Assembly (NCBI RefSeq): GCF_006345805.1 | Contig: NC_042997.1 | Span: 208,754,001-208,818,000 of the forward strand | DNA from: Octopus sinensis | Lineage: Eukaryota | Direction: 5' to 3' | DNA: 64,000 nt | In this document: piece after piece, positions 49,279 to 59,215 of the stretch | How the letters are laid out: each line of letters begins with the position of its first letter | Numbering within the stretch: the stretch's first letter is position 1 | Position numbers and translations under genes: made by a program | The notes under the pieces: model-generated | What the model saw: only the letters and a program-made list of their open reading frames with translations | Database searches by the model: none | What the model was told of the DNA's origin: nothing

Positions 49279-50791
49279 TAATCTTTGCTACAAATCAGAT
49301 ATTGTTTGTTTTTCATTGTTCTATTGAACCTTAAAAAGTAGACAGAACTTTTGCTACAACCCGATATATATACTCTTTTACCCTTTTACTTGTTTCAGTC
49401 ATTTGACTGCGGCCATGCTGGAGCACTGCCTTTAGTCGAGCAAATCGACCCCTGGACTTATTCTTTGTAAGCCTAGTACTTATTCTATCAGTCTCTTTTG
49501 CCAAACTGCTAAGTTACAAGGACATAAACACACCACCATTGGTTGTCAAGCAATATTGGGGGGGGGGCAAACATATACACACAAACATATACACACATAT
49601 ACACACACACATATATATATACATATATATATGACGAGCTTCTTTCAGTTTCCGTCTACCAAATCCACTCACAAGGCTTTGGTCAGCCTGAGACTATAGT
49701 AGAAGACACTTGCCCAAGGTGCCATGCAGTGGGAATGAACCCGGAACCATGTGGTTGGTAAGCAAGCTACTTACCACACAGCCACTCCTGCACCTTTTGC
49801 AAAAAATATTGAAGAAAAATATTGAAAAATATAATTAAAATGAAAGCAAAAACAAAATCATAGCAAATGGGATACTGTTTTGGGGGGATGGTCAGTCATT
49901 CAAAAAACAGCAATTGAGGGGTCAGTTATAATTAAATAAAATAAAAATAAGAAGTCTAAGTAGAAAAGTTGGAAATATTGGTTGGGATATAAAGTAATAA
50001 AAATATAATTACATAGACCAATATTAGGGAAGAGGTTATGAAAAATAATGAAAAGATAGGTTGTAAGTTCAGTTCCCAGTGGTACCATGTGTCCCTGAGC
50101 AAGATACTTTATTTCACATTGCTCTGGTCTACTAAGCTGGTAAGAATGAGTTGCACCTGTAATTCAAATGGCCAGCTCTGTCATGCTGAATCTCCCTGAG
50201 AACTATGTTAAGGGTACACATGTCTGTGGAGTACTCAGCCATTTGCATGTTAATTTCATGAGCAAGCTGTTCCATTGATCATATCAGCTGGGACCCTCGT
50301 CATCGTGACCGATGAGGCAAGTGAAATCAAAACCAAAATCAATGACTGGCATCCGTGCTAGCAAGGTGCAAAGAGCACCATACAAGTGTGTTTGTTGACA
50401 GAGCAGCTAACCAGCTTCTGTGCCAGTGGCACATAAAAGGCACCATTTGAGTGTGATCATTACCAGTGTCGCCTTACTGGCACTTGTGCCCGTGCTAGTA
50501 GGGTGCCAAGAGCACCATCCAAGCATGATCATTGCCAGAGCGGCTAACTGGCTTCCATGCTGGTGGCACGTTAAAGGGCAACATTCAAATGTGATCGTTA
50601 CCAGCATCACCTTACTGGCACCTGTGCCGGTGGCATGTATAAAAAGATTCGAAAAAGATCATTGCCCGCCTAACTGGCCCCCGTGCCGGTGGCACGTAAA
50701 AAGCACCCACTACACTCTCGGAGTGGTTGGTGTAAGGAAGGGCATCCAGCTGTAGAAACTCTGCCAGATCACGATCATATATATATCTACT

Positions 50792-50829
<38 letters not shown>

Positions 50830-51129
50830 TATACATATATATATATACATATATATATACACATACATATATATATATATACACATATATACACACATAC
50901 ATATATATATATATATACACATATAAACACATATACACACACATATATATATACACACACATATACATATACACACATATACACGCACACATATACACAC
51001 ACACACACACATATATAAATATATATATATATATATATTCTTTGTCTATCTCCTTAACTTCTAGGAGATTTTAGGTATAATTATACTAATGTGTCCATCT
51101 GTTCTAATTTAATTAAATTCTATGTCTTT

Positions 51130-51218
51130 GTGCAGCTGAAGATTGCTCTACATTTTGAATTGATGTAATGATTTCATTGTTCAATTAAATGGAGTTGCAT
51201 GAAACGATCGTACTGTAT
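51130..51218 (+). ncRNA. Type I hammerhead ribozyme with long stem II, intact core (family e)
   Basis: GTGCAG CTGAAGA T TGC..CATTT..AATTGA...TCAATT AAATG..GCA T GAAA CG AT CG TA CTGTAT; GUA cleavage after 51212. Confidence 0.85.
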
Positions 51219-51313
51219 TACCTCTTGATATCCTTGTTGCTTCTTTTGATTTTGATATATATATATATATATATATATATACTTTATTTTAAGCAGCAGA
51301 AAATCAACAAAAT

Positions 51314-51351
51314 CTGTTACTCTGAGTTTCTCGTTGCCGTTCATCAGACAG
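51314..51351 (-). ncRNA. Minimal type I hammerhead (left arm of a 74-bp inverted repeat)
   Basis: CTGT CTGATGA A CG GCAA CG A GAAA CTC A GAG TA ACAG. Confidence 0.75.
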
Positions 51352-51372
51352 TTTTTTGCCATTCTAGCAAAA

Positions 51373-51410
51373 CTGTCTGATGAACGGCAACGAGAAACTC
51401 GGAGTAACAG
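51373..51410 (+). ncRNA. Minimal type I hammerhead (right arm of the inverted repeat)
   Basis: CTGT CTGATGA A CG GCAA CG A GAAA CTC G GAG TA ACAG; GUA cleavage after 51406. Confidence 0.75.
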
Positions 51411-51512
51411 ATTTTGTTGAATTTTTTGCTGCTTAAAATAAAGCATATTACTCTACCACTGGTATTTGAGTACTCTTTTCTCCACCTTGTTTCACATTTA
51501 TGTGTTTACTCC

Positions 51513-51555
<43 letters not shown>

Positions 51556-51602
51556 TACCATAATCCCATCGGAGCACATCACCTAATAAACCTTTAATGG
51601 AT

Positions 51603-51726
51603 ATTACCTGAAGATGTGGCAAAGTTACATAAAGACATTATTGCATAGTCTTATATAATCTTGCATGCCAAATTTTACGATGCAATGTGTTAATAATAAA
51701 ATTGCTACTGAAACACATGTAGTAAT
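51603..51726 (+). ncRNA. Type I hammerhead ribozyme with long stem II insertion, intact core
   Basis: ATTAC CTGAAGA T GTGGCAA...TTGCTAC T GAAA CA CA TG TA GTAAT: stem I ATTAC/GTAAT, stem II GTGGCAA/TTGCTAC, GUA cleavage after 51721. Confidence 0.82.
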
Positions 51727-52339
51727 ACCGAAATTATCCATCTATTTCATATTGAGATCACACAACTTGATGGCCTTCACAACATTCCTAATAGAAATTG
51801 AATGTTATTTGCCTATCAATAGAAAACGCCTGTATTTGGTAACTGTAAAAGAGGCAGATAGATCAATAGGGATCATCATCCTTTAATGTCTGTTTTCCAT
51901 GCTGGCATGGGTTAGACGGTAAGGTGTCAAGCTGGCAGAAACGTTAGCACGCCGGCCGAAATGCTTAGTGGTATTTTGTCTGCCATTACATTCTGAGTTC
52001 AAATTCCGCCAAGAATGACTTTGCCTTTCATCCTTTTGGGGTCAATAAATTAAGTACCAGTTACGCACTGGGGTCGATATAATCGACTTAATTCGTTTGT
52101 CTGTCCTTGTTTGTCCCCTCTGTGTTTAGCCCCTTGTGGGTAGTAAAGAAATAGGTTTGACCGGGACTGGTCAGCTGGAGAGCTGCACCAGGTTCCAATC
52201 TGATTTTGGCTTAGATTCTACTGCTGGATGCTCTTCTTCATGCCAACCACTCCAAGAGTGGAATGGGTGCCTATTACATGCCACCAGCACTGGCCACGGC
52301 TACGATTTCACTTGGCTTGACAGGTCTCCTCCTCAAGTA

Positions 52340-54000
52340 CAGCAAATCGCCAAAGGTCCCAATCACTCATCATCACCTCTGTGAGATCCAACACCCAAAG
52401 ATCATTCCTCACCAGGTCTTCCTGTGTCTACCTCTTCCACTGGTTCCCTCCACACTTAGAGGTCAACACTTCTTCACACAGCTGTCCTTGTCCATATGCA
52501 TCACATGACCATACCATCATAGTTATCTTTTTGGCACACCACATCTGATGCCTCTTATGCCCAATTTTTCTCTCAAGACACTTATACTCTGTCGTACATG
52601 CACACTGACACTGCACCCCCAGCAAATCACACTAGCTTCATTTCTATCAGACCTTCACATGTCCTCAGTAGTCACAGCCATGTTTTACTGCCATGTAGCA
52701 TGGCTGTTTGCACACAGGTATCATACAGTCTGCCTTTCACTCTGAGGGAGAGGCCCTTTGTTACTAACAGAGGTAGGAGCTCTCTGAACTTTGCCCAGGT
52801 TATTCTTATTCTAACAGCTACACTCTCAGAGCATCCACATCCATTGTTGACTTGGTCACCTAGGTAACAAAAGCTATCAACTACTTCTAGATATCCTTCA
52901 TGGCATTTGACAAAGTCCATTTTCTGTGCAGTTCTAGTGTTTGTCTTACCGATACATCTGCCATACACAAAGGCTACTTTCTCTGTTAAACTTCCTCTGA
53001 TATTGCTGTACCCCTTATGTGTTCACAGCTTGCATCAAGTACACATTATCAAGTTTCTACATACACCTTTTCTACATATCAAACAGGGTCATCTCCTTGA
53101 AGGGATTTGTGATTTGTCTGTTTTCCTACTTACTAAGACTTACTAAGACCTTGGTCTTTACTAAATTGACTTTAAGGCCCTTTGATTTTAGACCTTGCTT
53201 TCACACCTGAAATTTTTTCTCTAGTACTGGTAGTGATTCTGCTAGAAGAAAATGGTCATCAGCATAAAGGAGCTCCCAGGGGCAACCTGACTTAAATTCC
53301 TTTGTTATTGCTTGGAGGACTATGATGAACAAGAGAGGGCCAAGAAGTGATACTTGTTCACTGAATTCCTCGATATACTTCTTACCAACCCTCACCTTAC
53401 TGACAACATCCCTGTACATGGTTTGTACAGCTCTCACCAGCCACTCTTTTATCCCTATTTTTTGCAATGACCATCAGATAAGGGAGTGGAGGACCCTGTT
53501 AAAGGATTCCTCCATGTCAACAAAAACCAAATACAGAGGTTTATTTTTGGCCAAGTACTTCTCTTGCGGCTGCTTTACTAGGAATATAGCATCAGTGGTG
53601 CTTCTGCTTAGCACAAACCAAACTGCATCTCATCAAGATTAACCCTCTCCCTAATTAGTTGGGCTATGACCTTCTCACTAACTTTCATCACCTGATCCAA
53701 CAAATTGATACCCTCGTAATTATTTCAGTCTAAGGCACCACCTTTACCTTTGTAGCAGTTGACTATGTCATTAGGTATGACTCTTTCATGTCCCACCTGA
53801 TTAACTATATGGGTGACAAGACCATAACCCCACACTACCAGATATTTTTAAGCATCTCAACAGTGGTTCCTGAAGGGCCAAGGGCTTTCCCCATCTTCAT
53901 ATCCTTCATAGCTTTATCTACCAACCTACTGTCTATTCAGATTGCTTGTCCCTCTGCTGGACCCACATTAGGCAGACTCTCCTTCTCCCATTAGTTTTCC
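52340..54000 (-). mobile_element. Decayed RTE LINE RT region and C-terminus
   Basis: KEWLVRAVQTMYRD...GPLLFIIVLQAITKEFKSGCPWELLYADD; YLEVVDSFCYLGDQ...LYDTCVQTAMLHGS. Confidence 0.92.
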
Positions 54001-54352
54001 ACGCTGGCAAGGGTTGGACAGTTTGACTGGAGCTAACCAGCTGAAGAGCTGCCAGGTTCCATGTCTGTTTTGGCAGGATTTCTTTGGCTGGATGCCCTTT
54101 CCTAACAATATATATTGGATCATCCTTTAAATAATGGGGTTCTTTTATACTTCTTTTATTTTTTTATCTAAAATATACTCTCCTTCAGTGACATCACAAC
54201 TCATTTATACAGCAGAGTGAACTGGAGCAACATGAAATAAAGTGTCTTGCTCAAGAACACTACATACAGCCCGGTCTGGGAATCAAACTCACAACCTCAT
54301 AATCGTAAGCTTGATGCTCTAACCACTGAGCCATGCATCTTCACACACACAC

Positions 54353-54394
<42 letters not shown>

Positions 54395-54419
54395 AACTTA
54401 CTTGGAAGTGGATGCATGG

Positions 54420-54790
54420 CGTTGGATCATAAAATAACAAAATAATATATAAAACGTATACATATATACATACATATATGTACATACCTACATCTATATG
54501 TGTATATACATGCATATAAGGGTACAGGACACCAAAGAAACGTCGAACACAATGAGAAACAAAAACATAAAAACAAAACCATGGAAACGGACTTTTTTCA
54601 AACAATGAAAAAACAGAGTACAAGACATACAACACAAGGAAAATTTCCCTTCTTCAGCTGCCACTGCTTCATTTCCTTCATGTTTCAAAGGTAGAGGCAA
54701 GACGCAACTTCGTTGAAACAGTCCTTCCCACAAAGCAAATTAAATGAAATTTGGGATTTTTTGCAGAGGGGTAAAAGTGGTACACATAGA
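54420..54790. repeat. Unclassified dispersed repeat between the SINE-D piece and a PLE fragment (possible PLE 3' region)
   Basis: Non-coding block adjacent to the GIY-YIG fragment; classification inferred from position only. Confidence 0.35.
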
Positions 54791-54869
54791 TAGATAGATA
54801 TAGATTTAGATACAACTGTTGCTATTGAAATATGGTTTACATTTCTCTAGGATCTTCCACTTTATGCTG

Positions 54870-55270
54870 CGCTCGGTGGCACTTTCAAAAACCAAACATG
54901 TTTGGCCAGGGTTGTGGCATTACATCTCTCTGAGATGTTGAAGGAGGACTTGTGGTTGTTATAGCAGGCTCTGAAAGGGCTTTCAGTTACTCCAATGTAC
55001 TTTCGCACATTCAGTTGCCCATTTGATCCTATTGCTGTTATCTCCACCTCATATAAAACAGTCTCCATGTTAGTGACCGTTCAGTGGACATGTTGTATTG
55101 TCCCTACATGAGAATCTTGTTTGTCTCAGGTGTGGATCTACCTACTAAATTTTTTTTTACATTCGGTGCACAGCTAAAAGAAATTCTCAAGGTGTACCTA
55201 TTGAATATTTTGTAGAAACTATTTGTACAGGGGGAGTGCTTATCTACTAAGCTAAGAAAAATCATATCTA
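54870..55270 (-). mobile_element. Naiad-like PLE fragment (linker plus GIY-YIG endonuclease)
   Basis: FLSLVDKHSP..SFYKIFNRYTLRISFSCAPNV; SCRDNTTCPLNG; TVLYEVEIT...KYIGVTESPFRACYNNHKSSF...LAKHVWFLK. Confidence 0.82.
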
Positions 55271-56724
55271 CTCAGGGTTCACACTTAAAGAGAAGGGCTG
55301 TGTGAACCACAACACTTTCCGGTGGCGCTTTCTCTTGTGGGGTTAGGCCCTGGCGTATAACTACTTCTATCCTTGAAACCACTACTAGCCAGAACTTCAT
55401 ATAAATATATAAATATACACACATATATATATAAATATATATATATATATCCATACACACACACACACACACACATATATACATATATATATATCCACAT
55501 ACACACACATATACATATATACACATATATATATATCCACATACACACACATATACATATATACACATATATATATATATATATATCCACATACACACAC
55601 ATATATATATACACACACATATATATATATCCATATACACACATATATGCATACATATATACACACACACACACACATCTATACATTGTAATAGTAAAGT
55701 ACAATCCGGGAATGCAAGTGCAGGAAGTTAGTAATCTTTGAGCAAGTGTGTAATTAAAATACATCACAAAAGGTGGAGAATATAAGATAAAACTAGTTTA
55801 ATAATAGTTTAAGTCACACATCTCCTTAAGATTAAAAAAGAATTTTGATTAGCAGACAGTCATGGTTTAGCAACTAAAATAAAGCTGTGTGGTAAGTAGC
55901 TTCCTTACCAACTACATAGTTCCGAGTTCAGTCCCACAGCGTGGCACCATGGGCAAGTGTCTTCTACTTTAGCCCCGAGGTGACCAAAGCCTTGTGAGTG
56001 GATATGATAGACGGAAAACTGAAAGAAGCCTGTTGTATCATCATCATCATCATCATCATCATCGTTTAACGTCCGCTTTCCATGCTAGCATGGGTTGGAC
56101 GGTTCAACTGGGGTCTGGCAAGCCCGAAGGCTGCACCAGGCCAGTCAGATCTGGCAGTGTTTCTACAGCTGGATGCCCTTCCTAACGCCAACCACTCCGA
56201 GAGTGTAGTGGGTGATTTTATGTGCCACCGACACAGGTGCCAGACGAGGCTGGCAGACGGCCACACTCGGATGGTGTTTTTTATGTGCCACCGACACAGG
56301 TGCCAGACGAGGCTGGCAGACGGCCACGCTTGGATGGTGTTTTCTTGTGTGTCACCGGCACAGGTGCCAGACGAGGCTGGCGAACGGCCACGCTCGGATG
56401 GTGTTTGTTACGTGCCCTCAGCACGGAGGCCAGTCGATGCGGTACTGGCTACGGTCACGTTCGGATGGTTTTCTTATGTGCCACCGGCACTGGTACCACA
56501 AGGATACAAATTCCATTGATGTTCATCTATTTTGATTTGGTTTGATTTGATTTGATTTGATTTGATTTGATTTTCACTTGCCTCAACAGGTCTTCACAAG
56601 TGTCACAAGAAGGAAGGTATGCACAGGTGGACTGACTATGTCCCAGGTAGGGGCCACAGGTTATGGCTTCACTAGTCTTGCCGGGTCTTCTCACGCACTG
56701 CATACTTCATATATATATATATAT

Positions 56725-56905
56725 ATAGTTGAAATTTACCGAAAAACAAAAGACGAAGGTAGGTCTATAAACAACAAGCAGGTGTATTAGTTTAACACTC
56801 GGGAAGGTGAGAAAGTCTTTTAGGTTTTGAGCCTACGCTCTTCAGCAGAAAGGAACACAAGGAAATAAACAGGGAGAGAATAAAAAAACTTGCGGATGTA
56901 GCGGT
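56725..56905 (-). mobile_element. Solo pseudo-LTR related to the Neptune PLE, with a degenerate hammerhead at 56816-56853
   Basis: CCTTT CTGCTGA A GAGC GTAG GCTC AAAA CC TA AAAGA. Confidence 0.75.
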
Positions 56906-57299
56906 CAATCATGTATATGTTTGTGTGTCTGTGTTTGTCCCTCCACCATCGCTTGACAATCAATGTTGGTGTATTGACGTCCCCATAACTTAGTGGTTTG
57001 GCAAGAGAGACTGATAGAATAAGTACTAGGCTTAGAAAAATTAAGTCCTAGGGTCGATTTGTTCAACTGAAGGCAGTGCTCCAGCATGGCCGCAGTCAAA
57101 TGACTGAAACAAATAAAAGAATAAAAGGATAAAAGAATATCTTTTGTGTTTTATCTTGTTTCACTCATTAGACTGTGGCCATTCTGGAGCAATGTCTTGA
57201 TGAATTTTTAGTCGAATGAATTGACCCTGGTACTTTATTTTAAGCTTAGTACTTGTTCTTATCAATCTTTTTTGCCAAAGTACTATGCTAAAGCAACGT

Positions 57300-57620
57300 T
57301 AAAACACCAACATTCATCATCATCATTGTTCGACTGTGGTCGAGACAATGGAATTTACTGTTATACCAGACTTTACGGTCGATCATGGCATTACGGAGGT
57401 CCTGTTGCTGGATGCCTGTATCCCTGAAGATTACATCAGGGTAGGAGAGTGTGCGCCCTCTGGTATCACGAGCAGATGGCTTCCAGAGGAGAAGAGTAGA
57501 AATTACCTCGTTTTCAGCTCTACAACAATGTCCAGCAAACTGGACTCTCCTACCTTTCACAAGAGATGATACAGGTGGTAATTTCCCATATATTTGTACT
57601 TTGGTTGGATGACGCTTCCA
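57300..57620 (-). mobile_element. RTE-related LINE (third family) 3' end
   Basis: RRVQFAGHCCRAENEVISTLLLWKPSA...YPDVIFRDTG...AMIDRKVW, followed by an (ATG)n tail. Confidence 0.78.
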
Positions 57621-58905
57621 CGAGAGATTTTGAGCTCTCATAAAACACCAACAGCCGCTGTCAAGCAATGGTGGGGGACAAACACGGACACAGACAGACA
57701 GACACACACACACGGATACACACAGGGACAGACATATGCTTGTAAATGCAAAATCTTTCCCAGGGGAAGAATGTACAACTGAACATAAGTACTTGTACTT
57801 ACTTGTGGCAACATTCACCCTGGGTGGGTTGAGTCGGTTTCTTCCACCACCCTTTAGGCATTGTATTCGCCATTGAGAATTCATGGAAGAAGTTTTGTGG
57901 GAATATGTGGATTTGACAAGCGGTCCCCAACAAACCCACATGTAGAGACATCCTGTTTGCCACAGATAGTCCACAGACGCAGGGACAGAACGACCGAGGA
58001 GCCGCCGGTTGCTGAAACAGGCACTCCGAGGATTTTCACCAGAGCCCCGTCTGCCATGTTGTGGCCCTAATACCACTCAGTGTCAGACCAATCCGCCTTG
58101 GGTGGCCCTTACAGGAGCTGAACATAAGCTAGTGATTATTGACTTTAAGCTTAGGTCTAGAAAGATCCTGTGATGCAAGCCAATATGGAAAGGAGACTGT
58201 GGGAACTCAAAGACCCTGCAAATGGGTAGAGATGTAGAGATGTAAAGATGTACTCAATGAGGCCTTTGATGAGAAGGAGGGAGAGATAGAACCATACGGC
58301 AACTGATTTTCTACAGGACAATCAGACCAAATTTGTAGTTGAAGCAAAGCCTCTACCAGACCAAGGGTAATGCTGTGAGGGCCATAAAAGAGAAGTGACC
58401 GAGCTGGTCAGAGCAGGAAAAAGGGGGTAGTAGCAAAGAATCATATCAGAAGACTAAAAGGGAGGCTAGACGTCAGGTCTGTCTAGCTAGGGTAGAAGCA
58501 GAGTTGAAGAGGTTTGCCAATGTCCTACAGCATGAAGATCAGAGACTTGAAGTGTTCTGGACTGCTGGACAGTGGGTCAGTGAGAATCAAGATATTGTAG
58601 GAGAGAAGTGGGTGTGGGTGGATGATGATTGCCCTTAGTGATGTGGACAAGAAAGGGGTGTGGAAAAGTTACTACGTGAGACTGTCGAATGTAGTGAATG
58701 AAAGGGATAAAAGGATCTCCCTCATGTGAGCCCAACAGAGGGACCAGCTATCCGAGTGGACAGCAGTATGGTAGATGAGGCAATTAAAACCATGAAAACC
58801 AGGAAAGCTCCTGGTCCATCCGGAATCACATGGTAGGATACGGGCTGGTCACCAAGATTCTGAGTTCGATTCCAGGCAGTGACCTGAATAATAATAATAC
58901 GGATT

Positions 58906-58956
58906 TTTGTCAGTGAACAGGTCGCGGTCTTAAAGCGACGAAAATATTTTGACAAA
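58906..58956 (+). ncRNA. Minimal type I hammerhead with compensatory G3:C8 core swap
   Basis: TTTGTCA GTGAACA G GTCGC GGTCTTAAA GCGAC GAAA ATAT TT TGACAAA: 7-bp stem I, 5-bp stem II, palindromic stem III AATATT. Confidence 0.78.
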
Positions 58957-59169
58957 TTAAACTTAAATGTTGAAGTGAATCGAACGTTTTTTGTGTGTTT
59001 CTTAAATGGCTTACAAACACCTTCCACGCTGCAATTGTTTTCGTTTCAGCACACGATCTCAGATCAGGTCACTTGCTATGCAAGTACATCTCCGTAATAA
59101 TAATAATAATAATAATAATATCGAAAAAATACCTTCGGAATGAGAACCCAGGTTTGAAATTTCCCCCAA

Positions 59170-59215
59170 GACACCTGATGAAGGCTGGAGGGTATATCAG
59201 CCAAAACGCTGTGTT
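59170..59215 (+). ncRNA. Mutated hammerhead, family a (G12>A, U16.1>C)
   Basis: GACAC CTGATGA A GGCTG GAGGGTATAT CAGCC AAAA CG CT GTGTT. Confidence 0.65.

Noticed and set aside
54870-55270. Selenocysteine (in-frame TGA) recoding, reported for some Naiad PLEs
   Set aside because: The Cys positions I could read are TGT codons; I saw no in-frame TGA at conserved Cys sites and no SECIS.
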